Virus record (IMG/VR): IMGVR_UViG_2529292828_000009
Direction: 5' to 3' (one strand)
Origin: a virus
Taxonomy: Duplodnaviria > Heunggongvirae > Uroviricota > Caudoviricetes
Length of the DNA stretch: 64,000 bases
Numbering within the stretch: position 1 is the first letter of the stretch; each line of letters starts with the position of its first letter. This document shows, in pieces, positions 10,605 through 20,127 of the stretch. Under the pieces are notes generated by a model. That model was not told the DNA's origin. It did no database searches and worked only from the letters and a program-made list of their open reading frames with translations. The position numbers and the translations under genes were made by a program.

Positions 10605-10939
10605 ATTTTCCCCCGGTTAACAGACAGAAAGATACACCACGGCACTGATGGTTATCAGAACCACAAGGGCAATCACTTTTATCGCACTCATCAGCGTGGA
10701 CGGCCCGAAACATTCATCACTGAATTTTCTGTACATGGTATTTTTCTCTGTAACGCCGGCAATGGTGGATAATTTCTGGCATATCAACGGACTGCCAGCC
10801 TTTCATGTAATAACTTCCGTGGGTGCCATCGTGCCCTGTGTAATCCATTGGCTTTGGTGGTGGGCCTCCGGCCTCCCGATGTAATACCTCCTGTCGTAAA
10901 CGTTCACGCCTGCCGAACTGAAAGGACGCATCCCACCCT

Positions 10940-11500
10940 TTACCCATGCAGAACCTCCCGACAGGCGCTGGCGAGCAGATCCAGACGGTTAAACCAGCCA
11001 TTCAGATATTTCCCCTGCGAGGCACTGGATTTGATAATCCCTGCGTAATAGCGGGAACGACGCAGGAAGCACTGCAACAGCAGCCAGTCAGTATCGGCAC
11101 GCAGAACGGCTGCGCGTGTGTTTTTACCGACGATGCCATCATCATCAACACCTGCTGCCGCCTGGAGGATCTGAATCGCGCGTTTAACCCCGTGCTGAAC
11201 GGCAGCATCAAAAACGAATAAGGAAACGCCATCAGGCCATTCGTTACACTTTGCCGCCAGCCAGTAATCACGCCAGTAGATCTGCGCCGCCTGCTCGCGG
11301 GTTAAATCCTTAATGCGGGTATCAGGTTTTCCGTCACCGTTAACATCGGTTTTGCCATCAATAACGCCGTCGCGACGGTCAGAAATACCGTATTTCGTTT
11401 CGCCGCCACGGTCGGCAGGATCATTAACATAGCCACCTTCAACATCAGGGCGTATAACGAAATTCAGCGAATGAAGGAATGCAGGGGAAAACTCAGGCAT
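10940..11500 (-). CDS. Peptidoglycan hydrolase-like protein (GH108-type N-terminus)
   Basis: EGGYVNDPADRGGETKYGI motif near N-terminus. Confidence 0.55.
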   Translation of the reverse strand: MPEFSPAFLHSLNFVIRPDVEGGYVNDPADRGGETKYGISDRRDGVIDGKTDVNGDGKPDTRIKDLTREQAAQIYWRDYWLAAKCNEWPDGVSLFVFDAAVQHGVKRAIQILQAAAGVDDDGIVGKNTRAAVLRADTDWLLLQCFLRRSRYYAGIIKSSASQGKYLNGWFNRLDLLASACREVLHG

Positions 11501-11582
11501 GTTGCCCTCCTGTCATGAACGTTTTATCGTCACAACAGAATATTGAGGGCGTAAAAAAAGCCGGATTAACCGGCTTTACTGT

Positions 11583-11972
11583 TTAAAACAAAGGGGGGGA
11601 ATACTGACGATACTTTATACGCCGCATTCGTCGGATGGCTTTATAGACTGTGTTAAATGTCACACCATGACGGATTGCCAGTTCGTGAACATTGCGACCG
11701 TTGAAATCATTCCAGATACGCAAATCCCGAATAAGCGAATCCAGAACCTGACCGCGTGGAATGTAGACCTGACCGCCGCCCAGATGCTTACAGATAGCCA
11801 CAACAATCTCCAGTGAATGGGCCGGGTCAACACCTAACCGGGACAATTCCCCGCGCAGTAAATCGTTCAGCTCCGCCAGCAGTGCCGGAAAGCGTGACGT
11901 ATCCTCTGCGGGATTGTCAAGATGTGCCAGGATGGTGTCATCCTGCAAATCACCAAATAAATCTTCCGTCAT
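11583..11972 (-). CDS. mor: Mu middle-operon activator Mor
   Basis: 129 aa; Mor/C family; position upstream of C. Confidence 0.8.
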   Translation of the reverse strand: MTEDLFGDLQDDTILAHLDNPAEDTSRFPALLAELNDLLRGELSRLGVDPAHSLEIVVAICKHLGGGQVYIPRGQVLDSLIRDLRIWNDFNGRNVHELAIRHGVTFNTVYKAIRRMRRIKYRQYSPPLF

Positions 11973-12520
11973 TGTGCCATCCTCCGTGTCTTTCTGGCAC
12001 GGGCATAAGCCGCCGTCATGGCATCATAGCCGCGCAGTTCACGCCCGGACGGACTGACTGGCAACGGAAGCCCGTGACGGGAAAAGGCTTCACGAATACA
12101 GCGGATATGCCACTGCTTGAGAGTTTCGAGAACAATCAACAGGGTGTCGCCATGACACCACGCCAGCGTGGAAACACCCTGTCCGCCATTACGTTTCGCC
12201 GTCAGGCGCTGAACATATTTATCCAGCGCCACATCACCGCCATCGGTAATAAAACCGTCTTCTGCCATCTGCTGCCAGACTTTGTATACCTTCTCGCGGG
12301 GCGTGACATGCCCCTTAAAGCGGCGACGTGGATGTTTATTCAGCTTCTTAAAGCCGCGTTCTTTCATGGCATCGAGCACCTGTTCCAGTTGCGTAACCGT
12401 CAGCTCGCGGCAACTGATTTTGCCCGTTTTCTGCATCAGAAAAGCGCGGTAAGTGTCGTCGTCGAGTTGTAGCTCCCGACGGGCGACATGGATTAATTTA
12501 ATCAGGGATGTGCGATTCAT
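11969..12520 (-). CDS. gemA: Mu GemA-like protein (gp16)
   Basis: 183 aa, 4-nt overlap with mor; position. Confidence 0.6.
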   Translation of the reverse strand: MNRTSLIKLIHVARRELQLDDDTYRAFLMQKTGKISCRELTVTQLEQVLDAMKERGFKKLNKHPRRRFKGHVTPREKVYKVWQQMAEDGFITDGGDVALDKYVQRLTAKRNGGQGVSTLAWCHGDTLLIVLETLKQWHIRCIREAFSRHGLPLPVSPSGRELRGYDAMTAAYARARKTRRMAQ

Positions 12521-12571
12521 GATCGTACCTCCGGAAAGAGGCGGTGCTGCAACACCGCCTGAATTTACACA

Positions 12572-13093
12572 TCAATCAGAGAGGATTTCAGTCATGCGGC
12601 CCTGTGCGGGAGTCATCCCTGTCATGACGTAAATCACATCACCAACACGGAACCACCGGAGCGGGCCGAATATTGTTGCGCTGAAATCCAGTCCCAGTGC
12701 GGGTAAGAGAGCGTCAGTACGGGCATAAGTGACCGGAATATTCCCCTGCCATATTTTCGCCAGCTCTTTTGACTGCTCCCGCAGATGTGCAGGAATGCGC
12801 GATGTTCTTGGCCTGCAACTGTTACCTGATGCGGAGCGTTGTACAGTCCACAACTCCGGCGAGAAAGGTCGCTCATTCCCCGGAAAATTCACGCCATGAA
12901 AATGACGCCCACCAATACCTGTGCTGAATACTGACCGGCAACCACAACCCAGAACCTTATCAAGATGGCGGGCTTCTTCGCGTAGTTTCAGGCAGTCCGC
13001 CATAAACTGGTCCCATGCCAGCAGTGCTGCGGGATTTGACGTTTTAAAAAACATCACGCCACCTCCTGCACCGCTGCGGGAGCCGGAGAACAA
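12572..13093 (-). CDS. Mu early-region hypothetical protein
   Basis: ORF in semi-essential early region; true start probably internal. Confidence 0.35.
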   Translation of the reverse strand: MFSGSRSGAGGGVMFFKTSNPAALLAWDQFMADCLKLREEARHLDKVLGCGCRSVFSTGIGGRHFHGVNFPGNERPFSPELWTVQRSASGNSCRPRTSRIPAHLREQSKELAKIWQGNIPVTYARTDALLPALGLDFSATIFGPLRWFRVGDVIYVMTGMTPAQGRMTEILSD

Positions 13094-13584
13094 TCAAGAA
13101 TGAGATAACGCAGTACATGGTCGGTGATATTCCAGGCGCTGGAACTGCAAATAAAACGCCCCAGCCGGATATCGATATAAGCCATCACAAAACGGGGCAT
13201 TCCCTGTTCGCACATTCTGTTATCCACCTCAGCAACAATGTGAACTGACTCACAGGTCAGCACGCCCGTCGCAAACTCTTTTGCCAGCGCGGGGATGGTA
13301 TTACCTTCCACCCAGGGTAATGAGCGACGCCAGTTGCACCACACCGCATCATCAACAGCAGGCTGCTCAGTTGCGTTTCGTCTTACAGGCGGCGTCGGAC
13401 GCGGGCGCGGAACGTCATAAAATCCGTTGCATTCGGTGAGCACTCCGGCATCAACCGCATCACGCAGGAAATACACCATTGACGAGGGCAGCATATTCAT
13501 TTTTTCAGCCAGAACTCCGCAGGTCAGGCGTCCGTAAGCCCGTAATAATGTGCTGACACCATTCAGAATTTTTGCATCAACCAT
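13054..13584 (-). CDS. Mu early-region hypothetical protein
   Basis: 176 aa ORF between gam and gemA. Confidence 0.35.
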   Translation of the reverse strand: MVDAKILNGVSTLLRAYGRLTCGVLAEKMNMLPSSMVYFLRDAVDAGVLTECNGFYDVPRPRPTPPVRRNATEQPAVDDAVWCNWRRSLPWVEGNTIPALAKEFATGVLTCESVHIVAEVDNRMCEQGMPRFVMAYIDIRLGRFICSSSAWNITDHVLRYLILDCSPAPAAVQEVA

Positions 13585-13682
13585 GTTTTATTCCTCAGTA
13601 ATCTGTTTCAGGCGCGAGCAATCCCCTGACGTATCGCGCCATAATTAAAAGAATGTGAATTAATTAAATATTAATGGTGGTA

Positions 13683-14207
13683 TTAAATACCGGCTTCCTG
13701 TTCAAATGGAATAATAGAAAAATCCTCAATGCCTGATTTAACTGTAATTCCGGCAACGCCTGCGACCGCTTTCGGTTCCAGTAAAATCGCTTCCTTGTTG
13801 ATTTCCTGCTTCGTGCGAATAAAGCGTTGCAGGCCAAGACGCTCCAGCGTTTCCATCACTGCATCCATACCACGAATACTTACTGATGGTGGACGGACCC
13901 GCCACGATACATCACCGGTGACAAGATTCGCCGTCTTCACTTTGCCGCCGTTCGTCAGTTCGTCGCGGTTCGCTTCACACCATCCCTGAACGCCTTTTGA
14001 AAGGGTTTCAATATCGGTTTTAATCGGTGTAATCCGGGCCGCAAATTTCTCCGTAATTTCCGCGATGGCATCATTCATTTCCGTTTCCAGACGTGATGCT
14101 TCGCGCTGTAAATCCCCGATGCGTTTAATATCGGTAATCACCGCATCGCGGTTTTGTGGCACATAAGCCGCTGCGGCACTTTTGATGCGTTTTGCTGGTT
14201 TAGCCAT
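13683..14207 (-). CDS. gam: Mu Gam host-nuclease inhibitor (DNA-end binding)
   Basis: 174 aa, N-terminal MAKPAKRIK...; length and position match Mu Gam. Confidence 0.8.
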   Translation of the reverse strand: MAKPAKRIKSAAAAYVPQNRDAVITDIKRIGDLQREASRLETEMNDAIAEITEKFAARITPIKTDIETLSKGVQGWCEANRDELTNGGKVKTANLVTGDVSWRVRPPSVSIRGMDAVMETLERLGLQRFIRTKQEINKEAILLEPKAVAGVAGITVKSGIEDFSIIPFEQEAGI

Positions 14208-14226
14208 AAATTAAAGCTCCTGTTAA

Positions 14227-14526
14227 TTAATATCCGCTGTATACAATGCTGGATACAGCACGATTGCTTAATTCCATCTTTCGGGCAATGACATGAATAT
14301 CCAGCCCTTCTTTATAAAGTTCACGACACAAATATTTGTCGTGTTCACTGATTCGGTATACACACAATGATATTCCGTGCCTTCTGGCATGTGCCCGGAG
14401 GGCGGTTGTGGCGACTTTCAGTTTTTCCGCCATTTCTTCAATGGTCATTTTCCCGACGTTGGCTTCGATAAATTCCCGGTCTTCGCGTGACCAGCGCTTA
14501 CGATTACACTTCATGTCAGTCACCAT
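14227..14526 (-). CDS. Mu early-region hypothetical protein
   Basis: 99 aa ORF. Confidence 0.35.
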   Translation of the reverse strand: MVTDMKCNRKRWSREDREFIEANVGKMTIEEMAEKLKVATTALRAHARRHGISLCVYRISEHDKYLCRELYKEGLDIHVIARKMELSNRAVSSIVYSGY

Positions 14527-14970
14527 TCAGTACAGCAGAGGCTCGCGCAGGGATGCCGGAATATGCCGCAGCGATAACTGAACCGCTTTCAGGGCAAGCG
14601 AGGAATAACAGCAGCGCGCCCAGCCTTTTGCCATTAACCGGTAATCGCGCCAGATACGCTGCCACATTTCACGAGATTTCGGGTCTGATGCGCAGATGTA
14701 TTCCCGGTCCATGACGTACTCCCATAAATCCACGTTGAACGCACCGCCAAATGCAATGGCGCGGGATATGCTTTCGCCGCAATAACGCGCACAGATGCTG
14801 TAATGGTCGAAAGTAATCAGGTAAGTCTTTTCACCACAATCATCAACTTTCCGGGCGCAAATAAACTCGCGTAATTCACCACCGTTGTTATTGCGTTCCT
14901 GAATTCGGATTAATGCCTGAATTTCATTTCGGATTTTGACATTCATTGTCAGCGTTCCTTTTAGTGACAT
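14527..14970 (-). CDS. Mu early-region hypothetical protein
   Basis: 147 aa ORF, Cys-rich. Confidence 0.35.
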   Translation of the reverse strand: MSLKGTLTMNVKIRNEIQALIRIQERNNNGGELREFICARKVDDCGEKTYLITFDHYSICARYCGESISRAIAFGGAFNVDLWEYVMDREYICASDPKSREMWQRIWRDYRLMAKGWARCCYSSLALKAVQLSLRHIPASLREPLLY

Positions 14971-15224
14971 GTTTTTTCAACAGCCATTTCAGTGACACTG
15001 CCACCTGTGATGACACCATCGTTTTTCAAAATCTCAATGGCTTCATGAGCTGACTCATTAATTATTTTCTGGCTTTTGTTAAGCACCAATAACGCCACCA
15101 GACCTGCAAGTGTAGCCTCATCCCCTTCCATTTCCACACTACCACCTACCGCAATACTGGTGCGCAAATGCCGTCCTTTAGTTCCAGATACTGTATTTTT
15201 AATTTCAATAATTACCTTTGCCAT
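14961..15224 (-). CDS. Mu early-region hypothetical protein
   Basis: 87 aa ORF. Confidence 0.35.
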   Translation of the reverse strand: MAKVIIEIKNTVSGTKGRHLRTSIAVGGSVEMEGDEATLAGLVALLVLNKSQKIINESAHEAIEILKNDGVITGGSVTEMAVEKTCH

Positions 15225-15235
15225 TTTGTTTCTCC

Positions 15236-15490
15236 TTATTGATTCTGAATAACTGCGCTGGCTTTTACCTTTGCGCCTTTTACCTGCTTAAAGAAAACCA
15301 CGCTGCACCACGGACAACATGCAAAGGAGTCCCATACTTCATTTTCTGGTGAGCATTGCGTCATAATTTGCTCTTTGCATTTGGGGCAATTAAATGCAGT
15401 CAGAGGCACATTGTTATTCTGTACCCGTTTAACCCATTCAATATATTTTTCAGCTTTAGTACACATCGTTATCTCCAGATAATCTGGCAA
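15236..15490 (-). CDS. Mu early-region Cys-rich small protein (zinc-ribbon-like)
   Basis: CPKC ... CCPWC motifs. Confidence 0.4.
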   Translation of the reverse strand: MPDYLEITMCTKAEKYIEWVKRVQNNNVPLTAFNCPKCKEQIMTQCSPENEVWDSFACCPWCSVVFFKQVKGAKVKASAVIQNQ

Positions 15491-15696
15491 CCATTAAGAC
15501 GGGCCGTCCATACAGAACGGGCCACCCCGGACTTATGCTCCATAATTCTGACCGCGCTTTTTACCAGTTCCACCGGTGGGTAAGTGATTTCAAGAATCGG
15601 ACGCGCCACGCCGAGATATGATTCATTTACATGACTCCCGCGCGCCTGTAACCAGTTCTGCGCATCCGTTGCCATTTTTATATTTCGGGCCATCAT
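15469..15696 (-). CDS. kil: Kil-like small protein (first gene after B)
   Basis: 75 aa, position immediately downstream of B as for Mu kil. Confidence 0.4.
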   Translation of the reverse strand: MMARNIKMATDAQNWLQARGSHVNESYLGVARPILEITYPPVELVKSAVRIMEHKSGVARSVWTARLNGCQIIWR

Positions 15697-15711
15697 AATT
15701 TCTTCTCCTTC

Positions 15712-16650
15712 TTAATTACGCAGCAGCGTTGAAATATCAACGTCCAGGTCTAATTCACGGAAAGCCTGACGCAGATAATCTTCGTTAACACGCTCACCTT
15801 TACCGTGAGCCGTCATGGCGGCAAGGCGAAGTGAATGATTCAGAATGCGAAGCGCACCTGGTTTCTGCGCAATCTGCTGTAATAACTCCAGTTCTTTTTC
15901 GCCGTTAATCTGCCAGGCATCCGCAATAGCTTTTACATCGGCTTTTTTGGTTTTATTAATTGCAGTACGCTTTGCAATACGGGAAAACAGACGGGCAAAT
16001 TCAACCGTTCTGTTACCCCCCGTCATATTTGAATAAACCCGGTGATTTCCCATCAGTACAAGGCCAATACGGGTTGATTCCTGTAACAGGCGGAGTTCTT
16101 CCAGAACTTCGGCACCAAGATGATCAGCTTCGTCGATGATAACCAGCCCCTGTGTACCTTCAAGGCGACGTCGCAGGGCGCGGGAGAGCGGCCCTTTACG
16201 GCGTGGTGCGTCATTCATTCCCAGCTCAAACGCCAGTTCAGTAAGACATTCCAAAACGCTAGCACAGGATGGCGTAATGGTGATCATCCAGACATTGTTA
16301 TTGGTGCGGCGATATTCACGGGCCGCTTCGGTTTTGCCCACACCAGGATTGCCACATACAACAGCAATACTTTCAGTCAGGCTGGCAAAACGCATACTTG
16401 TCCAGATTTGTTTTACCGTCTGCGTTTCCACAAAGCGGGGCGGTTCAGGTAGTTCTGCAACTGCATGATATTTTTCCAGCCAGCGTTGCAGCATTTGTGA
16501 AACACGCTCGTTATCCCCGTTGTACTTATCATTGATAAAACTACTGATAGTTCCGGTAGAAAGTCCGCTCTCAAGAGCAATTTGTTTAAAGGTGGTTTCT
16601 TCATTTTCTACAAGCGTGCGCAGTCCTGCGCGAATATCGGAAATATTCAT
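15712..16650 (-). CDS. B: Mu transposition ATPase MuB
   Basis: 312 aa; Walker A CGNPGVGKTEAA; N-terminal HTH. Confidence 0.9.
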   Translation of the reverse strand: MNISDIRAGLRTLVENEETTFKQIALESGLSTGTISSFINDKYNGDNERVSQMLQRWLEKYHAVAELPEPPRFVETQTVKQIWTSMRFASLTESIAVVCGNPGVGKTEAAREYRRTNNNVWMITITPSCASVLECLTELAFELGMNDAPRRKGPLSRALRRRLEGTQGLVIIDEADHLGAEVLEELRLLQESTRIGLVLMGNHRVYSNMTGGNRTVEFARLFSRIAKRTAINKTKKADVKAIADAWQINGEKELELLQQIAQKPGALRILNHSLRLAAMTAHGKGERVNEDYLRQAFRELDLDVDISTLLRN

Positions 16651-16688
16651 CTGAATAACCTCGTAATTAAATTTTGTTAAAACGTTAA

Positions 16689-18680
16689 TTAAATGACTTT
16701 TTTACGTCTGTTCTGTTCCAGAATATCCAGTGAATGATTCAGATATTCATCACGATCAGTTTCATATTCATCATCGGCTTCCTGGTATTTCACCTGCACC
16801 GTGTTACCGGAAGGCCGGAAAATACCAACAACCCTTGATTCTGGTGCTGCTGGTTCGGCTATCTGCGGCAGCAGTTCAGCAACTTCCAGCGCGTCCATTT
16901 GTTTCTGCGCCTTAATGGCTGCTTTAGTTGCAGATTTCAGTTGTTTCTGGCGGCGGCGATATTCACGGCCTGCCGCTGCATCATTAAATGCAACAGGTGC
17001 CAGACATTCCGCTTCACAGATAAACCGACCGTCCAGGGTGTAACAATAAACCGTGCTGTGTAGCTGCTGCGGATCAAACCTGACCACAACTTTTTTCACG
17101 CCGGCATTCATTAATGCCATGTTGTAATAAACGTTTTTTGCGCCTTTAAGGGAGCCGCCAACTTTAAGCGTAAACTCGCCTTTGCGTGAAACGTTCACCG
17201 CCTCGGCAGGCAGTAACAGCATCCGTTTTTGTTCTTCGGTTGGCTTACGCACAATCGTTCTGGCGTATTCACGCTCGAAAACATCATCAAACGAGAGTTT
17301 GCCCCCGCACATTTCTGTTTCACGGCCTGTTCTGGCATTGAACATCGCCACACCTTCGGCAAGGGTTTTCAGAAACAGCTCTGCATCAACAGCGCGGTCG
17401 CCATAGTTATCAGGTTTTGCCTGCGGATTTGGCCCCGTATATGCGCCAGCCAGTGCCGGATGCTTATCAACGTATTCCTCAAGCCCACCAACACCGAAAG
17501 CACGTTCAACAGGTTTTGCCTGGCCCCAGCCTTTACCAGCAACAACGCTTGTCCAGTGCATTTTCGCACCCATCAGTAAAAACAATCCCTTTGGATCGTC
17601 TTCTTTCACCTTAAAGCGGTAGCGATTGGGCGCGCCTCCCGTCAGCCATTTATTCGCAGCACCACGGGTGTTATCAATGGTGATGTGAAAATCCTCCGGG
17701 ATACCGTAGCGAGTCACAACATCCATGAACGAGAGGCGAATTGAATCAATGTTCTCGCTCACATCGCAGCGCCAGCCCAGAATTTTTCGGGTTTTCACAT
17801 CCTGCCAGAACCATGTTTTCGGGCGGATCACATCACCGTTAAACCAGCGTACAAAGACGTTATGCAGATAACCGTCGCCGTTGATCCACTGCATGGCGTC
17901 CAGGTGTTCCACAGTTCGCTGCTGTGCCGGTATCAGATGCATCAGTGCATGTTCACCTTCACGACAGGCAACAACCATTGCCTCGTCCAGTTGCTGAATC
18001 CGGCGAAAGGCCGTGGCACGGGAGGGAATACTCCAGCCATGCTCGCGGGCTGCCAGTTCCAGACGCTCATAACATTTGCGGAAGGCGGGTTTTTCCGGTC
18101 GCAGATAATCTGCGATCAGAAACTGCCAGGCATCCTCGTCAAATTCACTTTTGTGAACGTTGCGACGGGATGCACCACGTCCATCAACAAGCGCAGCCGC
18201 CCAGTCAGGCTTCGCAAACTTCTGTACCTGGTAATACTTGTCCCGCAAAGTGGATGCGCTGACCTGGTAATGCCCTGCAACGGTCGCAAAAGCCGTTTTT
18301 GTTGAAATCCCCTGGTTCAGCATTTCGTCTGCAGCCTGAACCGCAGGCAACCATTTTTCAGCAAGTCTGCGCTGGGAATCGCTGGCGTTATCCCATTTGC
18401 TCCACAGTGCCTCACGATCATAATCATGGGCTTCCAGCGTGGGGCGGGCGATTTCAAAATACCCCAGGCTTGTTTCAATCTCTCCTTGTCTCAGCAATAA
18501 CGCCGCTTTCGCTTCAACAGGTAAAGAGTTCGCATTGTATTCAATTGCTTTACCACCTTTGACACCTGCTCTAGTGCGGTTTTGCCATCCTTGCTTTTTA
18601 GCAACATAAATCACCCCAGCCGATGTTTTCGGCAAACCAGGAAGATTCGCACACTCTTTCGGTGATACCCAAAGTTCCAT
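16689..18680 (-). CDS. A: Mu transposase MuA (DDE)
   Basis: 663 aa from [15 protein letters not shown]...; recognised as MuA. Confidence 0.9.
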
Positions 18681-18681
18681 G

Positions 18682-18909
18682 TTATTCACCTGCTTGATAT
18701 CGGCTAGGCCAGATTACTTCCGGTTTAGTTTCTAAGGCGTTAGCAATAATCTGCTCACCCTTTGGCCAGTGTCGTTCTAGCGCATTAGCTAATGTAGTTG
18801 GCGCATAACCAAACTGCCGGGAAAGAGCTGATAAAGAGAGCTTTCTTTTCTTAAGTCCCGCAATCACATCCGCACGATGCCAATCACGGGCCTTTTCGTT
18901 GGAACACAT
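18682..18909 (-). CDS. ner: Mu Ner (negative regulator of early transcription)
   Basis: 75 aa [25 protein letters not shown]..., recognised as Mu Ner. Confidence 0.9.
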
Positions 18910-19078
18910 TTAAAAACCCTCCTAAGTTTTGTAATCTATAAAGTTAGCAATTTAACTAAGTGTAAAAACTTAGCTAGCTTGCTAAAAAGATAATTACTGA
19001 AAAGCTTTTTGTAAAGCTGCTTTTTGGTAAATTCCTTTGATTACTGATTAATGCATTGATAAATAAGGGGTTTAAATT
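18910..19078. promoter_or_regulatory. Mu operator region with divergent Pe / Pc promoters (O1-O3)
   Basis: AT-rich divergent intergenic region between ner (minus) and c (plus). Confidence 0.6.
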
Positions 19079-19669
19079 TTGAAAAGTAACTTTATAGAAA
19101 AGGGTGATACTGAAAAGTCAATTTGGTGTTCGCCGCAAGAAATTATGGCTGCTGATGGTATGCCTGGATCTGTTGCTGGTGTTCACTATCGAGCAAATGT
19201 TCAAGGCTGGACGAAGCGGAAAAAGGAAGGTGTCAAGGGGGGGAAAGCTGTTGAATACGATGTGATGTCGATGCCCACCAAAGAACGAGAGCAAGTTATT
19301 GCGCACTTGGGGTTATCCACCCCGGATACTGGTGCTCAAGCCAATGAGAAACAGGATTCTTCGGAACTGATAAACAAATTAACCACAACCTTAATCAATA
19401 TGATTGAAGAGCTGGAACCAGATGAAGCACGCAAGGCACTGAAACTTTTAAGTAAAGGGGGGTTGTTGGCGTTAATGCCTCTTGTATTTAATGAACAGAA
19501 ACTTTACAGCTTTATAGGATTTTCACAGCAAAGTATTCAGACGTTGATGATGCTAGATGCATTACCTGAAGAAAAACGCAAAGAGATTTTGTCAAAGTAT
19601 GGGATTCATGAACAGGAAAGTGTTGTAGTACCTTCACAGGAACCACAGGAGGTAAAAAAAGCCGTATAA
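19079..19669 (+). CDS. c: Mu repressor c
   Basis: 196 aa MKSNFIEKGDTEKSIWCSPQEIMAADGMPGS..., recognised as Mu Repc. Confidence 0.9.
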   Translation: MKSNFIEKGDTEKSIWCSPQEIMAADGMPGSVAGVHYRANVQGWTKRKKEGVKGGKAVEYDVMSMPTKEREQVIAHLGLSTPDTGAQANEKQDSSELINKLTTTLINMIEELEPDEARKALKLLSKGGLLALMPLVFNEQKLYSFIGFSQQSIQTLMMLDALPEEKRKEILSKYGIHEQESVVVPSQEPQEVKKAV

Positions 19670-20004
19670 CAACCATGAACCAGCTAAAACATACTTCACC
19701 TCACATAATCACACATGTAACATACCTAAACGGCATAAGCTGATTTGTGATATGAGTCATTTGGTGACAGCTTGGTTGTTATCGGTTTTGAACGTTTTTT
19801 GAAGCTGTTATTGAAATGATTTGCAGTGTTTTTGTTTTTCGTATTTTCAATGAAACAAAAGCAATTTTTTACTATCTTTCGCGTTTCATTGATTAACGAC
19901 TAAAATTTGCGCTACAGGCTTGCAAGCCCCACCAAATCTAATCCCATCAGATCCCGAATAATCCAATGTCCTCCCGGTTTTTTTCGTACTTCAAGTGAAT
20001 CAAT

Positions 20005-20118
20005 ACAGCCGTTATCTCTGACATAGCCGCGGATAGTAATCGTGCTATCCGCAGCCAAAGCGTGACTCACCGCCAGCCACAAAAAAGCGCACAGAAGATA
20101 AAAAGGTTTGTTTCTCAT
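20005..20118 (-). pseudogene. fimF: fimF 5-prime fragment (first ~38 codons) truncated by the Mu insertion
   Basis: ORF 19912-20121 translates MRNKPFYLLCAFLWLAVSHALAADSTITIRGYVRDNGC (FimF N-terminus) then runs into the Mu end. Confidence 0.85.
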
Positions 20119-20127
20119 CACGCCCCC

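Larger units (their letters stand above)
1..20007 (-). mobile_element. Bacteriophage Mu / Mu-like transposable prophage, repressor-proximal ~20 kb; left (c) end at ~20007, element runs off the window start
   Basis: Reverse complement of 19979-20007 reads TGTATTGATTCACTTGAAGTACGAAAAAAACCGG, which I recognise as the Mu left end; gene order c-ner-A-B-...-gam-...-mor-C-lys-...-E-H-F-G-I-T. Confidence 0.9.

Noticed and set aside
11813-12472. 219-aa plus-strand ORF
   Set aside because: Antisense to mor and gemA.
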